In this document: positions 44,931 through 54,742 of the stretch, piece after piece | How positions within the stretch are numbered: the first letter of the stretch is position 1 | Layout: every line of letters begins with the position of its first letter | DNA from: Chloroflexota bacterium | GTDB lineage: Bacteria; Chloroflexota; Dehalococcoidia; SHYB01 | NCBI GenBank assembly: GCA_016875535.1 | Contig: VGPF01000002.1 | Coordinates: 9,856-73,855 of the forward strand | Direction of reading: 5' to 3' | DNA length: 64,000 bases | Position numbers and translations under genes: made by a program | The notes under the pieces: generated by a model | What the model was told of the DNA's origin: nothing | Seen by the model: only the letters and a program-made list of their open reading frames with translations | Databases searched by the model: none

Positions 44931-47429
44931 TTAGGAGGAGTCACGAGTTCTGTATATTACAACGCGCTCGTTCCTATATTCGACTTCCATGAATTGAGCG
45001 AACTTCCGGCCGACGTCCGGGCCGTAGGTCCCCCGCTCAAGCTCGCCGATAAAGACGTAGTCGGCGTCATACTTCTTCAAGAGCCGCGCGACCTGGACGA
45101 CGTTCGTGCTGCGGAAGATGGCGTCCACATCGCGGAAGCGCTCCTGGATGGGGTCATACGGGTCGCCGCGCCACTGGTGCTGATGGCCGGGCCAGCCCAG
45201 GATCGTGGGGATGCCGGTGCGCATGGAGACCCGGCTGATGGAGGCGTCGTAATCGCCCGTGGGACGTCCATCGCGTCCCGGCATCGCCTCCACGACGACC
45301 TTATCGTGGTCAACGATGCTTCGCAGGTAGGCAATGGCCTCCATCTCCTTGGGGTCGCTGCGCTTGGCGGAGGCCAGAGCATCCAAGGTGCGCGAGGGCA
45401 TGCCCTTGACGGCCTTGTTCTTGACGGCGGGCGGCATGTAGGCCATCCCGGCGGTGATGGCAGCGGCGAAGGCGACCAGAAGCCCGACAAGAGCGAAACG
45501 CGGGAGCCGCCGCGCCGCCCGCAGGCGCGCGGCCCACCAGTAGAGGGCGATAGCGTCCGCGACGGAAAAGAGCGCCCAGGTTTGGTAGTAGAACTTGAAG
45601 ACGGTGTTCATCCGGTTGTTGAAGAGATCCACGATGCGGAAGAGCTCTGCGCCCATGGTGAGGAGCAGGCCGAGGAGGATGAGGACCAGAACAAACTGGA
45701 TGGGCGTAGCAGCCGTCCCTTCCTTCCGGGCCTTGTGGATAAGGACAAGCAGCGCCAGGCCCATGAGGATGAACCAGGGCATCAGATGCCAGAAGCGCGT
45801 CCCGATGGCGAGCAGGCCCTCCGTGGTCTTGCCTTCGTGAACGTCTATGCCCAGCTCGACGCCGGCCCAGAGGGCGAAGGGGACAAGGGGGAAGAGGACG
45901 GCCCAGAACCAGGTGCGAGAGAGGAGAGAAGGGGCAGGCCCACTCGTGTTTCCGTTCCCTCCAATCGAAGGAGCGGGGTTGCCGGAGGATTTGCTGTCTG
46001 CGCCCCAGAGCCAGCGGAGAGCGCGGCCAATGCGGTCGCGGAAGGTGACGACGAAGAGGCCGACAAGGAAGGTTGTAGTCAGCAGGAGGAATGGCCCCCA
46101 GACGAGCGTGAAGTGGACGGGCCGCGTCATGACTCGGCGAACGGGAAGGATGCCCTGGGCCTGGGAGTCAAAGAGGACGTAGAAGGGAAGATAGAGGACG
46201 ATGGCAGCGACGGCGAGGACGAGGAGGACGGCTATGAACTCCCACCATTCGACGAGGGCGCCGTGGAAGCGGGCGTGGAGGGCGCGCAGGAGGATGCAGG
46301 CGAAAATGAGGGCGGCGAAGGTGGGCAAGTCCCAGCTGTTCATGAAGCCCAGGCCGCCGAGGACGAGGGCGACGAGGACTGCATGCCAGGGGTGGCGCCG
46401 CAGCCAGGTGATGTCCACGATGGGGGCGGCGCGCAGAATGGTGAGGCCTATGGCAACGGCCAAGAACATGAAGGGCAGGGCCATCACGTGGGGGTGCATA
46501 TCGCCGAGCATGAAGCTGAAGAAGGGGAACTCGGTGATGGTGTAGTCAACGCCGCCCCCGCCGCCGGGGAAGCTGTTGATGACCCGGGTGGAGCGCCACC
46601 ACCACCAGGTGCCGTCCGGGAAGCGGCCGACGCTGACGTCCGCACCGGTGAGACCGTCCACACGCACCCACTTCCAGAAGCCCTCCGAGCCGACGCCGTT
46701 GGCCTGGAGGTATTCCAAGAAGGCCACGAGATTGGCCATGAAGAGAAGGAGGACGATGGCGAGACAGCCGACGAGGGCCGCCGTCCTGAAGCTCGGCGGC
46801 TTGATGGAGGGGAGCCTGATACCGCGCACGACGTTGTAGGCGACGCTGAAGGCGCCCGCGGCGGCCATGGCGGCGAAGGAGGCCAGGGCGAGGTTGTAGG
46901 CGACGCTTGAGGAGATGCCAGTGAGCTTGGTGACCCCCGCGACCATCAGGTAGCCGAAGTAGTAGTAGGAGATGGGCTCTCCCGCGAACCAGGCGTCTTG
47001 CGGAGGAAAGCGATCGCTCTGCAAGACGCTGTTGAGGAACATGAAGTCCATGGGCTGTTCCGTGTGGGCGATGTCCGGCATCAGACTGCGAATGAGGGCC
47101 CAGACGATGAAGACGCCCAGGAATACGGCCTCCGTGGCCAGGACGAGGCCCCACTGCTTCTTGAAGAAGTCAATGACGACCTTGCGGCGGCGCGGCGCGA
47201 TGAAGACGATGACGGCCAGCATCACGAAGGCGATATCGAAGGTGAGGCCGCGACGATTAGGGACAACGTGGCCCAAGAGCCAATAGGCATAGGCGAAGAT
47301 GAGGAGGCTGAGGGGACGGCTGAAGGCATAGCCGCGATCCGGCAGGCGGTGGAAGAGGACGAGGGTGATGGGGAGGGTGCAGATGCCTAGGAGGAAGAGG
47401 GTCAGCCACCAGAAGAAGGCATCGAGCAC
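44931..47429 (-). CDS. 'YYY'-domain large membrane protein (DUF2298 / TIGR03662-like)
   Basis: 832 aa, polytopic. Contains the signature GEPISYYYFGY motif. It is co-located with the GT39-like gene, as expected for this family pair. Confidence 0.65.
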   Translation of the reverse strand: MLDAFFWWLTLFLLGICTLPITLVLFHRLPDRGYAFSRPLSLLIFAYAYWLLGHVVPNRRGLTFDIAFVMLAVIVFIAPRRRKVVIDFFKKQWGLVLATEAVFLGVFIVWALIRSLMPDIAHTEQPMDFMFLNSVLQSDRFPPQDAWFAGEPISYYYFGYLMVAGVTKLTGISSSVAYNLALASFAAMAAAGAFSVAYNVVRGIRLPSIKPPSFRTAALVGCLAIVLLLFMANLVAFLEYLQANGVGSEGFWKWVRVDGLTGADVSVGRFPDGTWWWWRSTRVINSFPGGGGGVDYTITEFPFFSFMLGDMHPHVMALPFMFLAVAIGLTILRAAPIVDITWLRRHPWHAVLVALVLGGLGFMNSWDLPTFAALIFACILLRALHARFHGALVEWWEFIAVLLVLAVAAIVLYLPFYVLFDSQAQGILPVRRVMTRPVHFTLVWGPFLLLTTTFLVGLFVVTFRDRIGRALRWLWGADSKSSGNPAPSIGGNGNTSGPAPSLLSRTWFWAVLFPLVPFALWAGVELGIDVHEGKTTEGLLAIGTRFWHLMPWFILMGLALLVLIHKARKEGTAATPIQFVLVLILLGLLLTMGAELFRIVDLFNNRMNTVFKFYYQTWALFSVADAIALYWWAARLRAARRLPRFALVGLLVAFAAAITAGMAYMPPAVKNKAVKGMPSRTLDALASAKRSDPKEMEAIAYLRSIVDHDKVVVEAMPGRDGRPTGDYDASISRVSMRTGIPTILGWPGHQHQWRGDPYDPIQERFRDVDAIFRSTNVVQVARLLKKYDADYVFIGELERGTYGPDVGRKFAQFMEVEYRNERVVIYRTRDSS

Positions 47430-47432
47430 GGG

Positions 47433-48383
47433 TTAGACCTCGCGGGTGAAGAGGGCGTCCACGAAATCGGCGGCGGAGAAGGCGGCGATATCGTCCACCT
47501 GCTCGCCGGTGCCGACGAAGACGATGGGGAGCTTCAGCTGATCGGCGATGGCGAAGGCGATGCCTCCCTTGGCCGTGCCATCGAGCTTGGCCAGCATGAT
47601 GCCCGTGACGCCCACGGCCTCGGCGAAGCTCTTGGCCTGGGCCAGGCCGTTCTGCCCGGTGACCGCGTCCAACACCAGCAGGGTCTCGTGCGGGGCCTTG
47701 GGATCGAAGCGCTGGATGACGCGCTGGACTTTTTTGAGCTCGTCCATAAGGTTGGTCTTGGTGTGCAGGCGGCCTGCCGTGTCTATCAGTACTACGTCAG
47801 AGCCGCGGGCTTTGGCCGCCTGGAGGGCATCGAAGGCGACAGCGCCGGGATCGCCGCCGGACTGGTGGGAGACGACCTCCACATTGATGCGCTTGGCCCA
47901 GATCTCCAGCTGCTCGGCGCCGGCCGCCCTGAAGGTATCGCCTGCGGCCAGAAGGACCTTCAAACCCTTATCCGTCAGGGATTTGCCGATTTTGGCGATG
48001 CTGGTGGTCTTGCCGACGCCATTGACGCCCACTAGAAGAACAACGTAAGGCTTTGCAGGCAGGGCGGGCCTCTCTTCCACGGCCAGGGCCGAGGGTCTGC
48101 CCACCACGTTCAGGACGCGGAGCATCTCGTCCTTGAGGATGGCCTGGACGGCTGCGCCATCGGCGACTTTTTCCTTCTTCACGCGCTCCTTGATGCGGCC
48201 CAAGATGTCTATGGCGAGCTTGGCCCCCACATCGGCGGCGATGAGGGCCTCTTCCAGCTCGTCCCACACGTCATCGCCGATGGTGGGCTTGTCCAGGATG
48301 CCAAGGATGCGCCCAAAGAGGCCGGAGCGGGTCTTTTGGAGGCCGGATTCGAGCTTTTGCTTGCGTCCAAAGAGGCGGATCAT
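47433..48383 (-). CDS. ftsY: signal recognition particle receptor FtsY
   Basis: SRP54-type GTPase (GVNGVGKTTSIAKI, DTAGR, LAKLDG). Confidence 0.9.
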   Translation of the reverse strand: MIRLFGRKQKLESGLQKTRSGLFGRILGILDKPTIGDDVWDELEEALIAADVGAKLAIDILGRIKERVKKEKVADGAAVQAILKDEMLRVLNVVGRPSALAVEERPALPAKPYVVLLVGVNGVGKTTSIAKIGKSLTDKGLKVLLAAGDTFRAAGAEQLEIWAKRINVEVVSHQSGGDPGAVAFDALQAAKARGSDVVLIDTAGRLHTKTNLMDELKKVQRVIQRFDPKAPHETLLVLDAVTGQNGLAQAKSFAEAVGVTGIMLAKLDGTAKGGIAFAIADQLKLPIVFVGTGEQVDDIAAFSAADFVDALFTREV

Positions 48384-48541
48384 AACCGGAGCATGATAGC
48401 AGAAGGAGAGGGAGAATTTTCCACAGATTACGCAGAAGACGCAGATGTATCAGGAAAGGAGACGGGACAAGCATTGGAATAGGACGAGGCAACTCGTATA
48501 CTGCCGGGGCTGCAACGCTCCCATGCGAACGAGGTACCCAC

Positions 48542-49420
48542 ATGAAGATCGGCGTGCTCTTCCCACAGACGGAAATCGGGACGGACCCCGGGGCTATACG
48601 CGCCTACGCAGAGACGGCAGAGGCCATCGGCATTGACTATATCCTCTTTTACGAGCACATCCTGGGGGCGGACGTGGCCTCCCACCAGCCCTGGAAGGGC
48701 GTCTACGATGCGCGGCACATGTTCCATGAGCCTTTTGTGACCTTCGGCTTCATGGCCGCCGTCACCAAGCGCATCGAGCTGGTGACGGGGGTGGTGGTAA
48801 CGCCGCTGCGGCAGACGGCGCTGCTGGCGAAGCAGGCGGCGGAGGCCGACGTGCTGAGCAACGGGCGGGTGCGCCTGGGCATCGGCGTGGGGTGGAACCA
48901 TGTGGAGTACGAGGCGCTGGGCGTGGACGTACACAAGCGGGGGGCGATCCAAGAGGAGCAGATCGAAGTGCTGCGGCATCTATGGACCAAGCCGATCGTC
49001 ACCTTCATGGGGCGCTTTCACACGATCACAGCCGCCGGCTTGAACCCCATGCCGGTCCAGCGCCCCATCCCCATCTGGATGGGGGCCTATTCCGAGCGCG
49101 CCCTGCGCCGGGCAGGCCGCCTGGCCGACGGTCTTATCCCGGCGGGGCCGGGGCTGACGGACCACATCAAGGGCGTGGTGACCGCCTTTCGCAAGCACGC
49201 CAAGGAGGCGGGCCGGGACCCGGCGAAGCTTGGCGTGGATGCCAGCGTGGTGCTGGCGAAATCGTCCATCGAGCAGTGCGCGGCGCAAGCGGCCGAGTGG
49301 AAGGCCTTCGGCGCGACGCACGTGCGCATCAATACGATGGATGCAGGCGTCACCGGCGCGCAGGGGCACATCGAGGCGATGCGGAAGTGGCGCGAGGCGC
49401 TGCGGCAGCGGGGGATCTGA
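48542..49420 (+). CDS. LLM-class (luciferase-like) F420-dependent oxidoreductase
   Basis: MKIGVLFPQTEIG....YLD is a typical TIGR03619-type LLM N-terminus with a TIM-barrel LLM fold. Confidence 0.8.
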   Translation: MKIGVLFPQTEIGTDPGAIRAYAETAEAIGIDYILFYEHILGADVASHQPWKGVYDARHMFHEPFVTFGFMAAVTKRIELVTGVVVTPLRQTALLAKQAAEADVLSNGRVRLGIGVGWNHVEYEALGVDVHKRGAIQEEQIEVLRHLWTKPIVTFMGRFHTITAAGLNPMPVQRPIPIWMGAYSERALRRAGRLADGLIPAGPGLTDHIKGVVTAFRKHAKEAGRDPAKLGVDASVVLAKSSIEQCAAQAAEWKAFGATHVRINTMDAGVTGAQGHIEAMRKWREALRQRGI

Positions 49421-49508
49421 GAGAGATAGCCACAGGTAGCCAGGCATCGCAAGAGCAGGGACGCGTCTCGCGCACCGAAACAAGTGAGGGATTCAGTAGA
49501 ACCCTGGA

Positions 49509-50003
49509 CTATTCGCCCCGGATACGGCTCAGCAACTTAGAGGCTCCCGGGGTTTCCGGATTCAGCTGGGACAAGTCGATAGCAGCACATGTCTCGCTGA
49601 TTCTCTTATCGGCCACCACAACATACATCGCTTCGTCGTCCAGCGCCTCTTGAAGTCGGCGCGCAGTCGCCACATGCAGGGCGTCACCCGCTCGCAGCGG
49701 GTAGTCCGGCAGCAGCGCTAACGCCTCTGTGACAAGCGCGCTTTGGAGTGGTAGCACGATGATGGCATACCTATTCAGGTCCTCGGCAAGCGTCCCCACA
49801 ATCATGCTGTAACGCGCTTGGGTTATCTCTCCATTTTTAAGCAACCTGGCTGAGGAAGAGCTGATCTCGAAAATGGTCAGATGGGAAGTGACGAAGGTCT
49901 CGTCTGTCGCCTTATTTCGCACCAGCTCTGTGACGATATCCGAGCCAGCTTCCGACTTGTACAGTTTCATCAGGGCGGAAGCCTCAAGGTAGTAGACGGC
50001 CAT
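49509..50003 (-). CDS. PIN-domain protein (VapC-like toxin, extended)
   Basis: Acidic PIN residues are spaced at about 6, 47, 98 and 118 (LEAS, FEIS, AGDALHVATA, VVADK). The gene overlaps the upstream small ORF by 1 nt. Confidence 0.55.
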   Translation of the reverse strand: MAVYYLEASALMKLYKSEAGSDIVTELVRNKATDETFVTSHLTIFEISSSSARLLKNGEITQARYSMIVGTLAEDLNRYAIIVLPLQSALVTEALALLPDYPLRAGDALHVATARRLQEALDDEAMYVVVADKRISETCAAIDLSQLNPETPGASKLLSRIRGE

Positions 50004-50218
50004 CAGCCCTCTTCCCTCATCTTGTACAACCCTGCGGTAAGCCTTTTGTCGCCGAGCTCCTCGTCGAGAATCGACCGGAGCTTATCTGTGGAGACAGCGT
50101 ACTTGCCATACCGTTTCCTGAGCGCATCCAGAGACCTTTGCACCTCTTGGCTCTGAAGGGTGGAGATGCGTAACATCGTAGCTGTAGCGCCCGGCTTTTT
50201 GGATTTGTAGCTTGCCAT
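50003..50218 (-). CDS. putative antitoxin partner of the PIN protein
   Basis: A 71-aa basic/helical ORF immediately upstream of, and coupled to, the PIN gene. No family recognised. Confidence 0.4.
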   Translation of the reverse strand: MASYKSKKPGATATMLRISTLQSQEVQRSLDALRKRYGKYAVSTDKLRSILDEELGDKRLTAGLYKMREEG

Positions 50219-50373
50219 CGTGATCCCCTCTGCCCTTATCTGCCCGCCTCGTCGTGCCCAGCATATCGTTTCTGTCCGAAATGGCTAGGTGCTAATACCT
50301 TATCACAATGGGCAGAGCGTCTCCCCTATCGGGCTAGCCATAGCCTTAGTCTGGAAGACGGCCAAACCCGTCC

Positions 50374-51273
50374 CTACCCCGGCAGCGTTGGCCGGGGCAT
50401 GCCCCACATGGTGGGGCCGTAGGGCGGCGGCAGCTTGGCGCTGTCCACCAGCTTGTGGTCCACCACAAAGCCGGGGGCAAAGACGTTCATGCCGGAGTAG
50501 TAGAGAGGCGTTGGGTGCGTGGCGAGGAAGGCGCAGGTAAGGCCGGGGACATCCACGCCGAGCGCCTTGCTCACATCGAAGCCGAAGGGGCCCATATCCT
50601 GAGCCAGGCGCTCGGTGCCGACGAAGCCCGGCTCCAGGTTGATGACGGCGATGTTGAACTGCTTGAGCTCCTTGGCCAGGCCCGGCGCGATGCGGTTGAA
50701 GGCGGCCTTGCTGACGGAGTAGCCGAGGCCCCAGCCGCCTGCGCCCAGCATGTTGGGCGTCTCATGCCAGCCTGCGGCGGAGGTGACGTTGATGATGACG
50801 CCGCCGCCCTGTTTGCGCATGGCGGGGATGACGAGCTTGCAGAGGAGCAGCGGCGAGAGGACGTTGCACTGGAGATGCTGGTCGAAGAGTTCCACGGGGG
50901 TGTCCACGAACCAGTCCATGTGGCCGGGGCCGATATAGCGGGCGTTGTTCACCAAAACGTCTATGCGGCCCCACTGGCGCAAGGCCGTCTCCACGGCGGC
51001 CTCCACCTCTTTCCGGGCCAGCAGGTCGAGCTTCACCACCAGGGCCTGGCGGCCTAGGGCTATGATCTCCTTCGCCACCGATTCCAAGCTCCCAGGCAGA
51101 GGCGTGGTGTCCGACTTCTTGACGGTGGAGGAGTGCTCAAAGGCCTGGCCCTCCTTCACGGTGCGCGCGCAAAGGACAACATCAAAGCCCTTCTTGGCAA
51201 GCTCCAGGGCACAGCCGCGGCCGATGCCTCGGCTTGCCCCGGTGACCATCGCGACCTTCGCCGGCTTGGACAT
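50374..51273 (-). CDS. short-chain dehydrogenase/reductase (SDR)
   Basis: VAMVTGASRGIGRG (TGxxxGxG), NNAR, and the catalytic YSVSKAA (YxxxK). Confidence 0.8.
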   Translation of the reverse strand: MSKPAKVAMVTGASRGIGRGCALELAKKGFDVVLCARTVKEGQAFEHSSTVKKSDTTPLPGSLESVAKEIIALGRQALVVKLDLLARKEVEAAVETALRQWGRIDVLVNNARYIGPGHMDWFVDTPVELFDQHLQCNVLSPLLLCKLVIPAMRKQGGGVIINVTSAAGWHETPNMLGAGGWGLGYSVSKAAFNRIAPGLAKELKQFNIAVINLEPGFVGTERLAQDMGPFGFDVSKALGVDVPGLTCAFLATHPTPLYYSGMNVFAPGFVVDHKLVDSAKLPPPYGPTMWGMPRPTLPG

Positions 51274-51395
51274 ACGAGCCTCCTTTGTGGGCAACGGGGA
51301 GACCATCCTTCGCAGAGCCTCAGGGCAGGCTCCAGGTCGCCATTATTTGATTGATTTTGGGGCGACCATGCAAGGTCGCCCTTACACGCAGACTG

Positions 51396-52094
51396 TTAGG
51401 ATTCGCCGCGGAGCTTCACCAGGGCCTGGCGGGCGGCCTCCTGCTGGGCGGCGCGCTTGCTGCGCCCCTGGCCCCGGCCCATGACTTCGCCGTCCACAAT
51501 GACCTCGATCTCGAAGTCCTTCAAGTGGTCGGGGCCTTCCGAGCGGATGACACGATACTTGGGCGCGCGCCCGCCTTCGGCCTGGGCCTCTTCCTGCAGT
51601 CGGGACTTGAAGTCCTTTGGAGGAGCATCGGAGAGGGCCGCCAGGCGCTCTTCAAAGAGGGCCAAGGCCCACGCGCTCGCTACGGCGTAGCCCTGATCGA
51701 GGAAGACGGCGCCGAGGACGGCTTCGAAGGTGCGGGCCAGATTGCGCTCCTTGGCGCGGCCGCCGGACTGCTCTTCGCCCTTGCCGAGGAGGAGATGCTC
51801 GCCGAGCTTGAGGCGCTGGGCGATCTCCGCCAGTGTGGCGGAGCGCACCAGATCGGCGCGCATGGTGGTGAGCCGGCCTTCCGGGACGTCCGGGAAGCGG
51901 CGGTAGAGCGTTTCGGCGATGGCGGCGCCGAGGACGGCATCGCCCAGGAACTCCAGGCGCTCGTTGCTCAGCGAAGCCTCATCGGGCGATTCGTGGAGGT
52001 AGGAGCGGTGGACGAGGGCCTGCCGGAGCAGGGCAAGGTCGTTGAAGGAGAGGTCGAGGCTGTTTTCGAGGTCTTGGAGGGAGCGATTCGCCAT
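51396..52094 (-). CDS. rnc: ribonuclease III
   Basis: ERLEFLGDAVLG signature and a C-terminal dsRBD. It is divergent from cca with a 60-nt spacer. Confidence 0.85.
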   Translation of the reverse strand: MANRSLQDLENSLDLSFNDLALLRQALVHRSYLHESPDEASLSNERLEFLGDAVLGAAIAETLYRRFPDVPEGRLTTMRADLVRSATLAEIAQRLKLGEHLLLGKGEEQSGGRAKERNLARTFEAVLGAVFLDQGYAVASAWALALFEERLAALSDAPPKDFKSRLQEEAQAEGGRAPKYRVIRSEGPDHLKDFEIEVIVDGEVMGRGQGRSKRAAQQEAARQALVKLRGES

Positions 52095-52153
52095 AGCGGA
52101 GGCAATGATAGCACCGGGGCCAACGGGGTCAAACTGGTATAATCCGACCGCCC

Positions 52154-53443
52154 ATGCCAAAGGCCGCCGCCGAATCCAACATCAAGCCCCTCATCGAGCA
52201 CTTGCTGCCCGCGCAATCGCTCAAGCTGCTGAGGGCGGTCGCGGCCATCGCCGATGAGAAGGGCCTGAGGGCCTACCTTGTGGGCGGCGTGGTGCGCGAC
52301 CTCTTCCTGGTGCGGGAGAACTTCGATCTCGACGTGACGATCGAGGGGAACGCCCAAGAGGTGGCGGGGCAGGTGACCCAACGCCTTAGGGGACGCCTAG
52401 TGAGCCACGACCGCTTCGGCACGGCCACCGTCTATGCCGATGGGGGCCATGTGGACCTGGCGATCGCGCGGACGGAGAAGTACGCGCGGCCCGGCGCTCT
52501 GCCGGAGGTCGCGCCCAGCACCATCGAAGAGGACCTGCGCCGCCGGGACTTCACCATCAACGCCATCGCCGCCTCCATAAACGCCAAGGACTTCGGGCGC
52601 ATCCTGGACCCCCTGGCCGGGAGGAAGGACCTTGACGCTCGGCGCGTTCACGTTATCCACGATCAGAGCTTCACTGACGATGCGACTCGTCTCTTGCGGG
52701 CCATCCGCTACACGGCGCGCTACGACTTCGGCATTGACCCGGAGACGGCGCGACTGATGCGCCAGCAGGCCTCCATGCTCAAGACGATCTCGGGCGACCG
52801 CATCCGCCAGGAGTTCGTCCGCATCCTGGAGGAGCATGCGCCGGAAAAGGCGCTGGCGGCGGGACACCGCTTCGCCATCCTGCGGGAGCTGCACCCGGCG
52901 CTGGTGTGGGACCAGTGGCTGGAAGAGGCCTACCGCCGCGCCCGCCTGGAGGGCGATGGGACGCCGGCTGTCTACATGGCGCTCCTCTGCTTCCGGCTGG
53001 ACGCCACGGACGGCGAGGCGATCGTCAGGCGGATCAAGCTGCCCGCCGCCATGGCGAAGGCCGTGCGCCAGGCGCAGGAGATCCGGCTCCTTTCGGACGC
53101 CCTTGGGAAGCTGGAGGCGCGCCCGAGCGACATCTTTGAAGCGCTCAGCGGCAAGGGCGATGAGGCGCTGGCGGCGGCGAGGGCCGCCTTCGGCGGGTCG
53201 CTCGTGGGGAAGCGGCTGGACGACTATATCGAGCACCTCAAGACCATCGAGACGGCGCTGGGCGGTAAGGAGCTCATCGCGATGGGCGTGGCGGAGGGCC
53301 CGGACATCGGCGCGGTGCTGCATATGCTGAAGCGGGCGCGGCTGGATAGCCTGGTGAAGGACAAGACGGGGGAGGCGGCGATGGTGAAGGCGTGGCTGAC
53401 TCATCGTGTAGAATCTGAGAAGCAAGGGAAACCCAATGGTTGA
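52154..53443 (+). CDS. cca: CCA-adding tRNA nucleotidyltransferase / polyA polymerase family
   Basis: LVGGVVRDLFLVRENFDLDV (GG..RD...D.D) head domain, RRDFTINA, and an HD-less bacterial CCA architecture. Confidence 0.8.
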   Translation: MPKAAAESNIKPLIEHLLPAQSLKLLRAVAAIADEKGLRAYLVGGVVRDLFLVRENFDLDVTIEGNAQEVAGQVTQRLRGRLVSHDRFGTATVYADGGHVDLAIARTEKYARPGALPEVAPSTIEEDLRRRDFTINAIAASINAKDFGRILDPLAGRKDLDARRVHVIHDQSFTDDATRLLRAIRYTARYDFGIDPETARLMRQQASMLKTISGDRIRQEFVRILEEHAPEKALAAGHRFAILRELHPALVWDQWLEEAYRRARLEGDGTPAVYMALLCFRLDATDGEAIVRRIKLPAAMAKAVRQAQEIRLLSDALGKLEARPSDIFEALSGKGDEALAAARAAFGGSLVGKRLDDYIEHLKTIETALGGKELIAMGVAEGPDIGAVLHMLKRARLDSLVKDKTGEAAMVKAWLTHRVESEKQGKPNG

Positions 53444-53669
53444 AGCAACGGTTGAAGCATGCGGCGTCTGCGGCGACTCGATGGAGACGGACTACGTGGC
53501 GAACTGCGCCTTCTGCGGGCGCAACTTCCACCTGACGTGGGATACCCGGAAGCCCATCAAGGACTGCGGCCGCTTTGACCTGGACGAAGAGAGCCTGGGC
53601 CTCTTTTTCACCTGCAACCCGTGCCTCCAGACGCTGGGCGGGCCGCAGAGAACGCTGACGCGAGGGTGA
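53436..53669 (+). CDS. small Cys-rich zinc-ribbon-like protein (paralog of 54743-55015)
   Basis: 77 aa. Motif CGVCG-x10-CAFCG-x3-HLTW-x8-C-x15-CNPC. The ATG overlaps the cca stop (ATGGTTGA). Confidence 0.5.
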   Translation: MVEATVEACGVCGDSMETDYVANCAFCGRNFHLTWDTRKPIKDCGRFDLDEESLGLFFTCNPCLQTLGGPQRTLTRG

Positions 53670-53671
53670 GC

Positions 53672-54739
53672 ATGACGATGCGCAGGCTTGGATCGGCGGG
53701 GGCGGTTCTCCTTCTCGTTCCGCTCCTGTTCAGCGCGTGCGGCCCTGCAGGCAGGGACGAGGGCACGAAGGCGGTTAACCATGAGTCGCTGAATCTCATC
53801 CCCCCTGGGGTGACGGTGGTCGCCAGCGCGCGCATGGAGAAGCTCTTCAACGGCCCCCAGGTAAAAGGACTCTTGGAGCGCATCACAGAACTGGCAGGCG
53901 AAGAAGTCAGCGGTGTCCTTAGCCTAACGGGCGCGGAGGCGACGTGCGCCTTCAATCTCAGGCCGAAGTTCATCGTCGCCTTCGGCTCCTTCAAGGGCGA
54001 CCGGCTTGCAGGAATCTTGGACAGCAATGGGAATCCCCTGGAAGAGGGCGACTCTGGAGCAATCATCACCGAAGGGTCCTACGAAAAATCACGGGTGCTC
54101 AAATGCTTCGTGGGACCGGACGGCGCCGCGCCGAAGGCTGTTTCGTACAAGGGTGTGGAGGTCTACCAGGCCGTAAGCGGCGGCGACCCCCTCTCGATCG
54201 CCTTTCTGAGCGATGGCCTTTACGCAACTGGGACGCCCGAAGTCATCGTCTCCGTCATTGATATCTTCAAGGGCGAAAAGAGCGGTTTGCGCGGCCCGCT
54301 GGTGCGCTACCACGACCAGCGGGATACGGCGCTCGCAAAGGTCAGCGCCACCGCAATAGGCGACCTGATAGGAGAAGAGGACCAGGATGCGCAGGATGTC
54401 CCCGCAGCGTTTCGGAAGATCCAAGCTCTCACGCTTCAATTTGAGAAGGCGCGCAGAGATTTCGTTGTGAAGGTACGGGTGGACCTGCCGAGCAGGAAAC
54501 AAGCGGATGATCTCAGGACAGTTGTGGGTGCGGCTCAGGCCCTAGCCAGCCTGTCTGAGGACGAAGACGACGATATGGAGGGAATCATCAAGGCCCTCAG
54601 CGATATCTTCAAGAGGACTCGCAGCGCAGTCTCAGGAAACAGCTATGTGCTCAGCATCACGTTCAGCCCTGACGATATTGAGTCCTTCATGGCGACCGCA
54701 CTGAAGGCTGCTCAAGAGCTCCAGGACGAAGAGGAGTAG
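53672..54739 (+). CDS. putative lipoprotein, acidic C-terminus
   Basis: Signal peptide with a lipobox-like LLFSAC. No recognised domains. The C-terminus is DEDDDMEG...QDEEE. Confidence 0.55.
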   Translation: MTMRRLGSAGAVLLLVPLLFSACGPAGRDEGTKAVNHESLNLIPPGVTVVASARMEKLFNGPQVKGLLERITELAGEEVSGVLSLTGAEATCAFNLRPKFIVAFGSFKGDRLAGILDSNGNPLEEGDSGAIITEGSYEKSRVLKCFVGPDGAAPKAVSYKGVEVYQAVSGGDPLSIAFLSDGLYATGTPEVIVSVIDIFKGEKSGLRGPLVRYHDQRDTALAKVSATAIGDLIGEEDQDAQDVPAAFRKIQALTLQFEKARRDFVVKVRVDLPSRKQADDLRTVVGAAQALASLSEDEDDDMEGIIKALSDIFKRTRSAVSGNSYVLSITFSPDDIESFMATALKAAQELQDEEE

Positions 54740-54742
54740 GCC

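Noticed and set aside
44907-46910. 667-aa plus-strand ORF, antisense to the YYY membrane protein
   Set aside because: It is a low-complexity Gly/Asp/Glu/Ala-rich shadow ORF with no motifs.
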